A stretch of DNA of 36,921 nt from a virus (Duplodnaviria; Heunggongvirae; Uroviricota; Caudoviricetes), in IMG/VR virus record IMGVR_UViG_2531839667_000014, positions 1-36,921 of that record; one strand, 5' to 3'. The position numbers and the translations under genes are program-made. Shown here in pieces: positions 1 through 10,861 of this stretch (its first letter is position 1; the number at the start of each line of letters is the position of its first letter). The notes beneath the pieces are model-generated. The model was not told where the DNA came from, did not search any database, and saw nothing but the letters and a program-made list of their open reading frames with translations.

Positions 1-729
1 TACGGCGTCTTCCGCCGCTATCCTGCTTTGTTCCGCTGACTGTGCGCTTTCTGCTGACTCCCGGGCTTTTTCTGCTGCGGTCGTTGCATCCCTGGATGCA
101 TTACCGGCTGCACTTTCTGCCGTCTTTCTTGACAATTCAGCTTCTGCTGCACTTTGTGATGACTCACTGGCTTTTTGAGCGGCCGCAGAAGCCGAGGACG
201 AGGACGCCTCCTCTGACTGCTTTGCAGCGGCTGCACTTTCTGCCGCCTGCCGGGCTGACTCCGATGCCTCCCCTGCTGAAGTGTCAGCATTTGCAGCGCT
301 CTTTTCTGCCTGACTGGCTGATATGCCGGCATTCCTCGCGGACGTCTCTGCCTCTCCGGCATTCTTCTTCGCCTCCTCTGCGTGACGCGCCACCTCTTCC
401 ACCATCAGTTCAAAACGGCGCAGTGCCTCCGGCCGGACGTCATCCTCCGACATGGCACCGAGAAAATCATTCAGCGTACCGGGTTGAGAATCTTCATACA
501 CGGTGATGGTCCCGGCATGTGACGGAGGAAATCCCTCCACCAACAGAATAACGCTGTACTGACCGTACTCAACGTCCATGCTGTAACGACCGGCTTCATC
601 CGGATTTTCTGAGGCCACCGTGTTCACCACCACCGTGGCGCTGTTACGTCTGGCTTTCAGTTGAATGGTGCAGTTCTCTACCGGTTTTCCTGTGCCGTCT
701 TTCAGTACACCTGAAATCTTTACTGCCAT
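1..729 (-). CDS. stf: side tail fibre protein Stf, N-terminal part; gene runs off the window start
   Basis: ATG at 729..727; I checked the frame is open for all 243 codons down to position 1 (not in the ORF track because it has no stop). Translation begins MAVKISGVLKDGTGKPV..., matching lambda Stf N-terminus from memory, followed by Ala/Ser/Glu-rich repeats. Confidence 0.75.
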   Translation of the reverse strand, partial: MAVKISGVLKDGTGKPVENCTIQLKARRNSATVVVNTVASENPDEAGRYSMDVEYGQYSVILLVEGFPPSHAGTITVYEDSQPGTLNDFLGAMSEDDVRPEALRRFELMVEEVARHAEEAKKNAGEAETSARNAGISASQAEKSAANADTSAGEASESARQAAESAAAAKQSEEASSSSASAAAQKASESSQSAAEAELSRKTAESAAGNASRDATTAAEKARESAESAQSAEQSRIAAEDAV

Positions 730-740
730 ATTCCCCCCAC

Positions 741-766
741 AAAAAAGCCCGCCTGAAACGGCGGGC
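741..766 (-). terminator. rho-independent terminator downstream of lom
   Basis: Minus-strand hairpin GCCCGCC-gtttca-GGCGGGC followed by TTTTTT, about 28 nt after the lom stop. Confidence 0.6.
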
Positions 767-793
767 TGTCATAACACTGTGTTACCTGGCTAA

Positions 794-1393
794 TCAGAAC
801 TTATAACCGACACCCACGATGAAACCGTCAGTGCGCCAGTCACCACTGCCGGAGCCTTCATAAGCAATATCAATGGCCACGGATTCGGTCGGGTTAAACT
901 GCACGCCAGCTCCCCACGCCAGAGACGTGTTGCTGTGGCGACCGTCATCACTTCCGGTCAGCACGTCGTGCGTTTTCCCCTTGTTGTCAGTTACGCGAAG
1001 ATAATCCCCGGAGAAAGTCGACACACGGCTGTAAGCCATACCCGCCATCGCATACGCGCTGAACCATTCATTCACGCGCACAGACGGCCCCGCCATCACG
1101 CTGAACCAGCGGTTACGCACGGAATCTTCATGCCAGCGGGTATCGCTGTAACGGGTAAGCTGGCGATTCTTGTCTCCTGCATAGCTGAATGACGTCACCA
1201 TTCCCAGCGTGTCCGTAAATTCATAACGGTATTTCACGTTAATCCCGTTCAGATCATCGCTGCCGGGAGCGTTCGTCCGGGCATGAAGATACCCCGCGCT
1301 CAGTGTGGACTGATGTTCAGACGCCCATGCAGGCGCACCGGATACGGACAGACAGATGGCTGCGGACAAAATGGCTGCACAAACTTTACGCAT
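794..1393 (-). CDS. lom: Lom/Ail-family outer membrane protein (prophage moron)
   Basis: 199 aa, N-terminal signal peptide, C-terminus ...[24 protein letters not shown] matching lambda Lom from memory; lies directly downstream of J as in lambda. Confidence 0.9.
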
Positions 1394-1416
1394 AATTACC
1401 TCTCGCTTTTCTGCAA

Positions 1417-1441
1417 TAAAAAAGGCGTCATTCCTGACGCC
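1417..1441 (-). terminator. rho-independent terminator between J and lom
   Basis: Minus-strand hairpin GGCGTCA-ggaa-TGACGCC followed by TTTTTTT. Confidence 0.55.
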
Positions 1442-1463
1442 ATTTATTGGGGTTATAAATATT

Positions 1464-4400
1464 TCAACGAATACTGATGCCGGAAGCCGCTTTTTTGGTC
1501 ACAATCACCGTACAGTCGGTGATATTGCCTGCCCCCTGATTGCCTTTCTGGAAAATCTTAAACTCCAGAGTGACGCTACCACCACCACTAGGCATATCAA
1601 TAACTGCACTGTAACTACCGGGAATGGCCCCTTTAGTTTCTCTGGATGCGATTAATACACCGTTTTTGCGAACTTCAAAACCATAACCCGTGTAACTTGT
1701 ACCTCCCGGGTTATTACCACTTCCCGGATAGCTATACGCTATTCCGTTAAAGATAATGGGCGGAATAATGATTTGACGGTCAAAGTTATGATCATCGCTG
1801 ATGGTGACTGTAACCGTCCCGTTTGGTGTTTCCGTGTTACCCCACGTACCAGCCTGTTTCGGGAATGATTTGGATACAGCTTTAACGAAGTCACCTCTGA
1901 CCTGAGTCGCCTCCAGCATGCCCTTAATCGTACAGTTTTCATTTACCGTGACGTTGTTGAGCGTCCCGGAGTTCGCATTCACACTGCCACTGATATCCGC
2001 ATTTTTAGCGGTCAGCTTTCCGTCTGATGTCAGGGAAAATACCGGAGGACTGCCACCACTGGTAATGGTGGGAGCCGTCAGGCGCTTCAGGAACACGTCG
2101 TTCATGAATATCTGATTGCCCTGCGCCACAAACATCGGCGTTTCATTCCCGTTTGCCGGGTCAATAAACGCGATACGGTTAGCGGCAACCAGAAACTGGC
2201 TCAGCTTGCCTTCTTCCGTGTCCTCCATGCTGAGGCCAATACCCGCGACATAATGTTTGCCGTCTTTGGTCTGCTCAATTTTGACGCCCCACATGGCATT
2301 CCATTTATCGTTAGCGTCCTTCCACTCTTTCGAAAACTCCTCCAGTCTGCTGGCGTTATCCTCCGTCAGATCGACTTTTTCCAGCAGCTCCTTGCCGAGA
2401 TGAGATTCGGTTATCTTGCCTTTGAAAAAATCCAGGTAACCTTCCGCATCATCGCTCGCCCGACCGACGGCCTCCACGAATGCCGATTTGCCAACGGTGT
2501 TCACACTGCGAACATAAAAGTAATAATCATGGCCCGGTTTGATATTGATACTGGCGGCTATCCAGTACAGCCCCGTGCCAAGGTAGCGGGCTGTGGTTTC
2601 AACCTGCCTGATATCGGTAATCCGCGTTTCCGAGAACCAGAACTCAAACTGTACCGTCGGATCATAAACCGCAAGATGCGGCGTGGCAGTTATCTGAAAA
2701 TAGCCCGGCGTCAGCTCAATCTGTGACGGCGCTGCCGGTGCGGCAATCCGGAACGATACCGACGCCGGATCGCCCTGCTGTCCCCGGGCATTTACCGCCC
2801 GGACTGTCAGCGTGTAACGCCCCAACGCCAGCTGCCTGAAGCGGTATGTGGTTTCCGTCGTCCGGGCCGTGCTGACCAGCCGCTCACTGCCGTCATCCGC
2901 TGCCACGGTCAGGCGAAGCATAAAGCTCCCCCCCTTCACCACCTTCGGCGTGTCCCAGCGCGCCAGCACCTGGTATTCCCCGCTGTCTGCGGTGACTTCT
3001 GCGGTCAGGTGCTGCACTGCTGGCGGCGTGACACCATTCACCGTGCCGCTCTGGTCGCCGTCAAAGTGCGCCCCGTTATCCACGATGGCCTCTTTCTCCG
3101 GCACATGCTGCACAGCGGTGATGGCATACGTGCCGTCGTCATTCTCACGGATACTCACGCAGCGGAACAGGCGCTGGCGCAGCGTCGGCAGCTTCAGCCC
3201 CCATACGCTGTATTCAGCAACACCGTCAGGAACACGGCTCACTTTTACCTTCACGCCGTCGGTGACGGACTGAACCTCCACGCTGACCGGATTGCCACTT
3301 CCGTCAACCAGGCTTATCAGCGTGGTACCGGAGGATGGCAGCGTGATTTCACGGTCGAGCGTCAGCGTCCGGGTCTGGCTGTTCACCGCCAGCACACGAC
3401 CACCGGTGCTGATACCGGCATAGTCATCATCACAGATTTCAATGACATCGCCCGGCACATGGCGAAGCCCTTCTGCGCCCACGCAGAAGTCCACGGTCTG
3501 CGTTTCCAGCAGTTCTGTTTTAATCAGCCACAGCCCGGCGCGGTGTGCCTGCCCCCGGCTGGTACAGCCAAAAGCATCCATCTTCGTGACGTTACGACCG
3601 TAACGGGCAATGGCCTGCGTATCCTCCACAAGCTCTGTCGCCGTCTCCCAGCCGTTGTCCGGGTCAATCCAGTTCACCTCAACGGCATTATGGCGGTCTT
3701 TCAGGGCGCTGAAGCTGTAGCGGAACGGCGCGCCATCATCCGGCATCACCACATTACTGCGGTTATAGGTCCACACCTTATCCGACGGTCGGTCCTGCAC
3801 GAACGTCAGCGTCTGCCCGTTCCATACCGGCATACAGCGCATCGCCGAGCAGAAATCACTGAGCACATCCCACGCCTTGCGCTGTGTGGTCAGGTACGCA
3901 TTACAGGTGATGCGCGGCTCCGTGCCGCCAAAGCCGTCCGGCACTGACTGGTCGCAGTACTGGCCGATGACATACAGCGCCCATTTGTCCACATCCGCCG
4001 CACCAAGACGTTTCCCCATGCCGTAGCGTGGATGGGTCAGCATATCCCACAGACACCAGGCCATGTTATTGCTGTATGCTGGCTTAAACGTTCCGTCCCA
4101 GATACCGCTGTATTGCCGCGTCTGCGGGTTATAGTTCGACGGCACCTGCAGAATACGCCCGCGCAGATGATAATTACGGCTCACCTGCTGGCTGCCGAAC
4201 TGCTCCGAATCCACCTGTACGCCGACCAGTGCCGTGTTCGGGTAGCACTGTTTCACATCGATGATTTCGGTGTATGACGACCAGAGCGTTTTGTTCTGCA
4301 GCTGGTCTGTGGTGCTGTCCGGCGTCATCCTGCGCATCCGGATATTGAACGGGCGCGGCGGCAGGTTACCCACCACCACCGATGCCAGATACTGTGAGGT

Positions 4401-4877
4401 GGTTTTGCCTTTAATGGTGATGTCTTTTTCCGTCACCCAGCCACCGTTACGCTGTATCTGAACCAGCAGGCGGACTTCCGACGGATTCCGGTCCCCCTTT
4501 GAGGTGGTTTCCACCAGTGCCTGCACACCGAAGGTCAGGCGCAGACGGTCGATGTTTGCAGACGTAATGGTGCGGGTGATCGGCGTGTCATATTTCACTT
4601 CCGTACCCAGCACCGTCTCGGAGCCGGAGGATTCAAACCCCTCCGGCGGTGTCTGCTCCTGCTCACCGGCACGGAACACCACCGTGACACCGGAGATATT
4701 GGTATTCCCCTCACTGTCCAGCACTGGCGTACTGTTCAGCAGCACACTTTTTAATCCGTCCACCGGACCTTCAATCGGCCCTTCACTGATGGCGTCTATC
4801 ACGCTCAGCATCTGGGATGATTTCAGGTTGTCCTTCGCTTCGCGCGGGGTATGCCCCTTACTGCTGCCTTTACCCAT
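1464..4877 (-). CDS. J: host specificity / central tail fibre protein J
   Basis: 1137 aa; N-terminus [20 protein letters not shown]... and most of the length match lambda J from memory; the C-terminal ~150 aa appear divergent. Confidence 0.95.
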   Translation of the reverse strand: MGKGSSKGHTPREAKDNLKSSQMLSVIDAISEGPIEGPVDGLKSVLLNSTPVLDSEGNTNISGVTVVFRAGEQEQTPPEGFESSGSETVLGTEVKYDTPITRTITSANIDRLRLTFGVQALVETTSKGDRNPSEVRLLVQIQRNGGWVTEKDITIKGKTTSQYLASVVVGNLPPRPFNIRMRRMTPDSTTDQLQNKTLWSSYTEIIDVKQCYPNTALVGVQVDSEQFGSQQVSRNYHLRGRILQVPSNYNPQTRQYSGIWDGTFKPAYSNNMAWCLWDMLTHPRYGMGKRLGAADVDKWALYVIGQYCDQSVPDGFGGTEPRITCNAYLTTQRKAWDVLSDFCSAMRCMPVWNGQTLTFVQDRPSDKVWTYNRSNVVMPDDGAPFRYSFSALKDRHNAVEVNWIDPDNGWETATELVEDTQAIARYGRNVTKMDAFGCTSRGQAHRAGLWLIKTELLETQTVDFCVGAEGLRHVPGDVIEICDDDYAGISTGGRVLAVNSQTRTLTLDREITLPSSGTTLISLVDGSGNPVSVEVQSVTDGVKVKVSRVPDGVAEYSVWGLKLPTLRQRLFRCVSIRENDDGTYAITAVQHVPEKEAIVDNGAHFDGDQSGTVNGVTPPAVQHLTAEVTADSGEYQVLARWDTPKVVKGGSFMLRLTVAADDGSERLVSTARTTETTYRFRQLALGRYTLTVRAVNARGQQGDPASVSFRIAAPAAPSQIELTPGYFQITATPHLAVYDPTVQFEFWFSETRITDIRQVETTARYLGTGLYWIAASINIKPGHDYYFYVRSVNTVGKSAFVEAVGRASDDAEGYLDFFKGKITESHLGKELLEKVDLTEDNASRLEEFSKEWKDANDKWNAMWGVKIEQTKDGKHYVAGIGLSMEDTEEGKLSQFLVAANRIAFIDPANGNETPMFVAQGNQIFMNDVFLKRLTAPTITSGGSPPVFSLTSDGKLTAKNADISGSVNANSGTLNNVTVNENCTIKGMLEATQVRGDFVKAVSKSFPKQAGTWGNTETPNGTVTVTISDDHNFDRQIIIPPIIFNGIAYSYPGSGNNPGGTSYTGYGFEVRKNGVLIASRETKGAIPGSYSAVIDMPSGGGSVTLEFKIFQKGNQGAGNITDCTVIVTKKAASGISIR

Positions 4878-4937
4878 TCGTCACGCTCCAGAAACGACAA
4901 AACCGCCCTGAGGCGGTTTCACATAAAACATTTTGCA

Positions 4938-5585
4938 TCAGCGACCAATCACCACAACCTGACCACCATCTCCTTCATCTGCCGTGCTGATCTCCTGAGA
5001 AATCACCCGTGACCCCACGCGCATTTCACCGTACAGAACCGGCAGAACATTGCCCTGGGCAACCATGTTATCCAGTGAGGAGAAATAGGTGTTCTGCTTA
5101 CCGTTATCCGTTGTCTGTGTGCGGGGAGTTCTGGCTTTCGGTGCCAGCATCTGAGCCACACCGCCCAGGATCATACTGGCCCCTGCCGCATACATGCCCG
5201 ATACAGCCGCGGCACCCAGCCAGCCCACAGGGTTCCACCATGCCACCGCAATCAGCGCCGCACCCAGCACTGCCTGAAAAACACCGCCACTTTTAGCTCC
5301 CGCCAGACGCGGCACAATGTGGATCACGGCACCATTTGCCAGCGGCTCATTAAGACGGGCAGATAATTCATTTTCTCCTGCATCACGCCCGACAATGCGC
5401 ACCTGATACCAGCCCTCATTCAGTTTCTGACGAAACGCCGGGAGCTGTGTGGCCAGCGCCCGGATGGCTTCGGCCCCCGTTTTCACACGAAGGTCGATGC
5501 GGCGGCCAAATCGTTGCAAATCCCCGTAAAGGCAGATGCGTGCCATGCCCGGTGACGCCAGAGGGAGTGTGTGCGTCGCTGCCAT
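4938..5585 (-). CDS. I: tail assembly protein I
   Basis: 215 aa, MAATHTLPLASPGMARICLYGDLQRFGRR... matches lambda I from memory; sits between K and J. Confidence 0.9.
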   Translation of the reverse strand: MAATHTLPLASPGMARICLYGDLQRFGRRIDLRVKTGAEAIRALATQLPAFRQKLNEGWYQVRIVGRDAGENELSARLNEPLANGAVIHIVPRLAGAKSGGVFQAVLGAALIAVAWWNPVGWLGAAAVSGMYAAGASMILGGVAQMLAPKARTPRTQTTDNGKQNTYFSSLDNMVAQGNVLPVLYGEMRVGSRVISQEISTADEGDGGQVVVIGR

Positions 5586-6226
5586 TTTTCGGTATACCTC
5601 TCTCGTTTGCTCAGTTGTTCAGGAATATGGTGCAGCAGCTCGCCGTCACCACAGTAAATGGCGGCATGATTCGGCACCGATGAACCAAAACAGCACAGCA
5701 GCACATCGCCCGGCTGCGCCGCTGACAACGGCACCTGATACAGCCCTGTGGCCTCCAGATTATCCAGATAGAGATTCTGACCGTTACGCCACCAGTCATC
5801 CTCACGATGAAAATCCGGCATCTCAATCCCCGCCAGATGGTAAGCATCCCGGAACAGCGTGTAACAGTCCGTCACCCCGTGCTCAAAGCGCCGCCCGGTA
5901 AGATGCGGCACACAGCGGAATTTATGAATCGCTCCCCGGCAGACCAGCCACCACGGCAAATCACTCTGCACCTGCAGCCGCCGGTCAGCCTCACTCAGCC
6001 AGGGCAGACCACCGGGGTGGCTGTGGACCAGCGCCACAATCTCACCCTGCATTTCTGCCTGCAGCCAGTCCTCCGGCGACATCCGGAAATAATCTTCCGG
6101 CTCACCGGAGATATTCACGCAGGGAAAATATCTTTCTCCCTCCGGCGTTCTCACCACGAAGCCGCACGACTCCGCTGGCGCACATCGCCGGGCGTGCGCC
6201 AGAATCGCTGATTCTGTCTCTGTCAT
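5483..6226 (-). CDS. K: tail assembly protein K (MPN/JAB plus NlpC/P60-like)
   Basis: 247 aa; HSHP motif and cysteine peptidase-like region; overlaps the start of I as lambda K does. Confidence 0.85.
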   Translation of the reverse strand: MTETESAILAHARRCAPAESCGFVVRTPEGERYFPCVNISGEPEDYFRMSPEDWLQAEMQGEIVALVHSHPGGLPWLSEADRRLQVQSDLPWWLVCRGAIHKFRCVPHLTGRRFEHGVTDCYTLFRDAYHLAGIEMPDFHREDDWWRNGQNLYLDNLEATGLYQVPLSAAQPGDVLLCCFGSSVPNHAAIYCGDGELLHHIPEQLSKRERYTEKWQRRTHSLWRHRAWHASAFTGICNDLAAASTFV

Positions 6227-6231
6227 GGGAT

Positions 6232-6930
6232 TTACTGCGAAAGTTTGTTAATGGAAAGGAAGCCGCCAAAGTTGCCGACATTATTGCGAAACTTACAACC
6301 GCTCAGGCATTTGCTGCATTTATCCTTCGTGATATCGGATGTCGGCTGGTCATATTCATCCGCGACCGCCGGACCGTGATAACCGCACTCATCACCGCGA
6401 TAGGTCCAGGTACAGGTGTTGGCCAGCATGGTGCGCCCCGGAAAAACAGCGCCATCCGTTTCCGTCGGCGTGGACAGTACAAAAGAGGCACTGACTGCGC
6501 TCAGTTCGCTGCACTGCTCGATGCGCCAGCGGCTGATCGCCTCCTGCTCCGGGTCTGCGTCGATGTTTCCGTTGACGAAGTTCACCGCATCCAGAAAACG
6601 GGCGTAAACCTTACGCCTGACCACCGTTCCGCCGACCAGACTCTGCAAATCTTCCACCATCCCGGTGACCATGCCGTGCAGATTAGAGACTTTCAGCGTT
6701 GGCCTGGCGCTGGCTCCTTTACCGTTCATCTCAAATCCCGTCCCCTGAATGGGATAGGCCTGATACTGCCGCCCCTGCCAGATGACCGATTCGCCTTTTT
6801 CGTTCTGCTCATTACAGAAAAAATAACGCTCTCCGCCGACTTCTGTCAGATCGACTTCCCAGAGCACGACCAGCGCGGATTGCTCCGCTTTTGTACACTC
6901 ATTCAGTGTTTCCTGCTGTATATCCTGCAT
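6232..6930 (-). CDS. L: minor tail protein L
   Basis: 232 aa, same length and position as lambda L; cysteine cluster near the C-terminus. Confidence 0.85.
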   Translation of the reverse strand: MQDIQQETLNECTKAEQSALVVLWEVDLTEVGGERYFFCNEQNEKGESVIWQGRQYQAYPIQGTGFEMNGKGASARPTLKVSNLHGMVTGMVEDLQSLVGGTVVRRKVYARFLDAVNFVNGNIDADPEQEAISRWRIEQCSELSAVSASFVLSTPTETDGAVFPGRTMLANTCTWTYRGDECGYHGPAVADEYDQPTSDITKDKCSKCLSGCKFRNNVGNFGGFLSINKLSQ

Positions 6931-7229
6931 CAGTGAGTGACCTCTTCAAAGGTACAGTTAAAATCGGTATACATGGCATTATCCGAAATACTCCACTCCC
7001 TGCAGACAACCCGGACGGTTCTGTTGTGTTTTGGCGGACGCCACAAAAAAGCACGTATCCCGGCATGACGGGATAAAAAACTGTCCAGCGCAGCACGGGA
7101 ATATTCATCTGTGACACGAAACACCGGTTTAAACGTTTTCAGATCCGCATTCAGACCACCAGCCCGTCGCTGTTCATATCCGTCACCGAACTTTACCGTA
7201 ATAACAGATGGCTTTCGTGTCGTCTCCAT
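6930..7229 (-). CDS. M: minor tail protein M
   Basis: Track ORF 6930..7316 is probably over-extended; the internal Met (METTRKPSVITVKFGDGYEQR...) at 7229 gives ~99 aa, similar to lambda M; start site uncertain. Confidence 0.7.
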   Translation of the reverse strand: METTRKPSVITVKFGDGYEQRRAGGLNADLKTFKPVFRVTDEYSRAALDSFLSRHAGIRAFLWRPPKHNRTVRVVCREWSISDNAMYTDFNCTFEEVTH

Positions 7230-7263
7230 CCCCTCGCGGGGGATCCAGTTAAAAACTTCAGAC

Positions 7264-10200
7264 TCAGGCACTGCATAATCCTCCGTCCCGACGTGATGAC
7301 TGCATAATTGACACAACCCTGCTGTCGATCAGATCCACCAGCCCCCTGGCTGACTGCGTATCTGTCTCGCCATTGCTCCCTTGATTCTGAATGCTGATGT
7401 GATACACGGGAGAATAAACAAATCCACCGCCACCATTCACATTGCCAATGGCTCTGACTCCAAGAGAGCCGTCCGCTGCCCGAGTCAGTGGCATGATAGC
7501 TTCAGGCCCGGCCTCGCCCATCAGCCCGGCACCTTTCGCAAAAGCAAAATACGTCGGTGTATCCACAATGGTGTTACTGTAAGCACTCAGATTTGCCGAT
7601 GTGTAAACACCACCTTTTGCGTTTGCCACTGCACCGGAAAGCCAGTCGCCGACCGTACCAAGCCATCCTCCGGCACCGGACATGCTTTTGGAAAGTGACT
7701 TCAGCCCGTTAACGATGGCAGCGTTCATCAGAATTTTTGAAACTTCCTGGAGAATTGAACTCCCCCAGTTTCTCCAGTCCACAACATTCCCGGCCAGTGC
7801 ATCGGAAATATTTGATACCAGCCCGTCCATAGTGGAAACGACAGCATCTGCCGCCTGCGAAGCATAATCAGTGGCACTGTCTGCCCAGTTCGTCAGTCCC
7901 TCCTGGAGTCCGGCATTCCAGTTACTGCGTAAAGCATCAGCCTTTGCATAATAATCCTGCTGATCGTTGAGACGCTCTTCCAGATATTTTTCATTCAGTG
8001 CTTTTTCCTGTTTCCACAGGGATTCTTCAATTTCTCCGGTCTGATACTGTCTCAGCAGCTCATTATTTTTCTGCTCAAACGCCTGCCGGATACTCCACAT
8101 TTCCTGAAGTCGTTCACGCATCCGTGAGCCTTCACCATATCCCAGTAACTGAGCCTCATTTGATGCTCTGACACTGGCGTTACTGTCCGCCAGACTGCTT
8201 TCATACGCGGCAAGCTGCTCGCGAATTTTTTTCTGGTCGATGAGTGCCGCATTCTGTAAAAGCGTTTTTTTCTGCGCTTCTGACAGGGTTGATAATTCGC
8301 CCTGACTGACCTGATATTTCATCTTAGCCAGTTCAGTATTTTGCCCTGCCAGTGCTATTTGTTCTTTTTGCTGTTTAATCAGCCATTTATAAATATCTTC
8401 TGTTTTTTCCGCTTCGGTCTTTTTATGTGTTTTGGGTTTATTTGCCTGGTTATTTCGCCATGCATCCAGTGAGTTATTGATATAATTCTGTCTGGCTGTC
8501 TGATACGCCTCCCCCACAAAACCAAGATCATCCGCAACATAGCCCAGTCTGGCACGCTCACGCGCTTCCCCCTTCAGACGGGACAGAGCCAGTTCGCGCT
8601 TGCTGTTATTCAGTGCAGTCTGCTGCTTATCATCCAGAGTGGCCTGTGGCAGCCGTAATGGTGCAGTCACCAGCCCCTGTCGCTGCTGAAGTAATTCATT
8701 ACCAAGCCCGAGAAGGCGATTAAACTCGGTATACTGCCCGTTCATGATCAACAGGGACTGATACGCTTTGTTTTGTTCCGCCGCCTGTTGACGGATCAAC
8801 GCCACCCGTCGCTCCTCCAGCCCGGCAAGCACATCCTGAATGGATTGCGCTTTGCCCTGCATTTGAGTGAGGCGAGACTGTTCAACTGCCAGTTGATTTG
8901 TTGCTTCTGCAAGCCCTTCTGTGACAGTTTTTACCGACGTCATGTAGTTAATCATAAAACCGTTATCGGTTGTCCAGCCCGGGTTTGCCAGCACATACTG
9001 ATAGCCAGCAATTTTTTCCTGTAAGGATTTAATCTTACTTTTCTGCTCGTCAATTAACCTGTTCTGCTCCTTCAGTGCCTGCCGCGTCTTTTCTTCATTA
9101 TCTGACGTTTCAGGAAGCGACATTGCCGACGTTTTCTGGCGAATTTCGTCGATTGTTGCGGCATACTGGCGTGCAGATTCTCTGGCCTGCTCCTGATTCT
9201 GATACATTGTGTACCAGGCCGTCGCCCCCAGCATGACGAGTCCCGGCACACCACCAACCAGCCCCAGCGCACCACTTAACAGACGGCTCCCCACTGACGT
9301 GACATTATTCAGCGTTGTCTGTGCCGCTGTTCTGGCCGCAATATTACGGGTAAGTGACGCCTGGGCAACTGTCAGCTTCGCTTCTGCTGCGGCCTGCCTT
9401 TCGGTACCGCGAGCAGCAACAACCGCCTGTTGCGCACGATAAACCGCCGCACGCGCCCTGGCGGTTGCTATCTGTGTCCCCCGGAGTTGCGCTTCCGCAA
9501 GAGCCACTTCGTTTCTGGCAGCAGTAATTAATCCGGCAGTTGCAGATCCAGCAGAAGCCGCCATATTGCCAAAATATCGGGCTACCCCGACGGCAACCAG
9601 AGCACCGGCAGCGGTTGCCACGGTGTCAATATTGCCTGCAATACCATTCAGCACCCCGGAGAGCGTCTTCGTCACTCCGCTTGCCTCGTTCGCACCACCA
9701 ACCCAGGCCATAAAGGCGTTTTCAACTTTGGTTGCAGAGGATGAAACCGTATCAGGCATTGCTGCATATTCATCACGCAACGCCCCAAGCTGACTAATCA
9801 GTGCAGGAACAACCTTATCGGCGGTCAGTTTTCCGTTATCCGCCATGGCCTTCAGATCCTTACGGGCAACGCCCATTCCCGCAGCCAGCGCACGAATAAC
9901 ACGATCACCGCTCTCATTCACGGCGTTAAATTCTTCACCGCGCAGCACTCCCTGCGCCAGTGCCTGGCTGAACTGCGTGATCACCGAACTGGCTTCTGCT
10001 GTACTGGCACCGGATAATTTCAGGCCCGTGGAGATCGCCTCGGTGACTTTCAGTACCTCCTCAGAACTGTAACCATACTCCCGCATGGAAGCTGCAGAGC
10101 GGGCAAAAAGGCTGGCGTTATCAGAAAAAGCCGTCCCCGTTCTCTGGCTGATTGCCATTAATTCACGTTGTGATGCCTGAAAATCATCACTGGACTGCGT

Positions 10201-10509
10201 GGCCTGCTTCAGACGGGCATTTACTGAATTCCACTCATCGGCGAGAGAAATTAGATGACCGGTAGCAAAAGCCCCGGCAAATGCCCCCGCCATATTCAGT
10301 GCCGAAGATTTAGCTGTATTTATCTGATCCGTCACTTCTGCCAGTGCACGCCGCATTTCACGGGATGCGGCAGCGGACTGCCGGCCTCCGTTCTGCATGG
10401 TACGGTAGTAATCCTGCCCCATACGCGAAGCCCGGGAGATCTCTGACTGGAATGACCGGGAATTTGCCGAGATTTTAATAATCAGTTCACGTAATGTCGC
10501 CACACTCAT
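7264..10509 (-). CDS. H: tail tape measure protein H
   Basis: 1081 aa, long Ala/Gln-rich coiled-coil region with hydrophobic segments; position between GT chaperone and M. Confidence 0.9.
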   Translation of the reverse strand: MSVATLRELIIKISANSRSFQSEISRASRMGQDYYRTMQNGGRQSAAASREMRRALAEVTDQINTAKSSALNMAGAFAGAFATGHLISLADEWNSVNARLKQATQSSDDFQASQRELMAISQRTGTAFSDNASLFARSAASMREYGYSSEEVLKVTEAISTGLKLSGASTAEASSVITQFSQALAQGVLRGEEFNAVNESGDRVIRALAAGMGVARKDLKAMADNGKLTADKVVPALISQLGALRDEYAAMPDTVSSSATKVENAFMAWVGGANEASGVTKTLSGVLNGIAGNIDTVATAAGALVAVGVARYFGNMAASAGSATAGLITAARNEVALAEAQLRGTQIATARARAAVYRAQQAVVAARGTERQAAAEAKLTVAQASLTRNIAARTAAQTTLNNVTSVGSRLLSGALGLVGGVPGLVMLGATAWYTMYQNQEQARESARQYAATIDEIRQKTSAMSLPETSDNEEKTRQALKEQNRLIDEQKSKIKSLQEKIAGYQYVLANPGWTTDNGFMINYMTSVKTVTEGLAEATNQLAVEQSRLTQMQGKAQSIQDVLAGLEERRVALIRQQAAEQNKAYQSLLIMNGQYTEFNRLLGLGNELLQQRQGLVTAPLRLPQATLDDKQQTALNNSKRELALSRLKGEARERARLGYVADDLGFVGEAYQTARQNYINNSLDAWRNNQANKPKTHKKTEAEKTEDIYKWLIKQQKEQIALAGQNTELAKMKYQVSQGELSTLSEAQKKTLLQNAALIDQKKIREQLAAYESSLADSNASVRASNEAQLLGYGEGSRMRERLQEMWSIRQAFEQKNNELLRQYQTGEIEESLWKQEKALNEKYLEERLNDQQDYYAKADALRSNWNAGLQEGLTNWADSATDYASQAADAVVSTMDGLVSNISDALAGNVVDWRNWGSSILQEVSKILMNAAIVNGLKSLSKSMSGAGGWLGTVGDWLSGAVANAKGGVYTSANLSAYSNTIVDTPTYFAFAKGAGLMGEAGPEAIMPLTRAADGSLGVRAIGNVNGGGGFVYSPVYHISIQNQGSNGETDTQSARGLVDLIDSRVVSIMQSSRRDGGLCSA

Positions 10510-10519
10510 TCTCCGGACG

Positions 10520-10541
10520 AAAAAAAACCGCCGAAGCGGTT
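10520..10541 (-). terminator. terminator-like hairpin between T and H
   Basis: Minus-strand hairpin ACCGC-ttcg-GCGGT followed by an 8-T run, inside the 40-nt gap between the T stop and the H start. Confidence 0.5.
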
Positions 10542-10549
10542 ATGTTGAC

Positions 10550-10861
10550 TCACTGAGACACTATTAAAAGCGCGTTTTCCAGTCCGGCAAATGGATCTGA
10601 TACGCCTTCTGTCTGCTCCTTCTCCCACTGAAGAAGCGCATCATTCAGTGGCACTTTGACCCCCTGCGCACCGTAAACAGCTGAAACAATCTGGGCAGCC
10701 CGGATATCAGCCCGTTCGTCCCCCAGCGGACTGAACCTGTCAAATTCTGCCCACATCATGATTTCTGATGCTGACATTTCCCGGCGTAACTCTGACAATG
10801 TGCGCCCCATCCTGAGCGCCAGCATCATCAGAAAACGCATCCCCGGAAGCGCTACTTTTTT
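10550..10861 (-). CDS. T: tail assembly chaperone T segment, expressed as a G-T fusion by -1 frameshift
   Basis: ORF in the -1 frame relative to G; reading from the slippery site gives ...KKVALPGMRFLMMLALRMGRT...; contains a DRFSPLGDERAD segment typical of lambda gpT-like proteins. Confidence 0.75.
   Translation of the reverse strand, partial: KKVALPGMRFLMMLALRMGRTLSELRREMSASEIMMWAEFDRFSPLGDERADIRAAQIVSAVYGAQGVKVPLNDALLQWEKEQTEGVSDPFAGLENALLIVSQ

Noticed and set aside
18-506. Track ORFs 42..506 (+, 154 aa) and 18..362 (-, 114 aa), both proline/arginine/glutamine-rich
   Set aside because: They are alternative-frame and antisense shadows of the repetitive stf coding sequence; the true frame is the open minus frame ending at 729 whose N-terminus matches Stf.
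3009-3947. 312-aa plus-strand ORF, plus several other plus-strand ORFs between 1.5 and 10.5 kb
   Set aside because: Antisense to the well-supported J, I, K, L and H genes; Arg/His-rich composition typical of shadow ORFs in GC-rich coding DNA.
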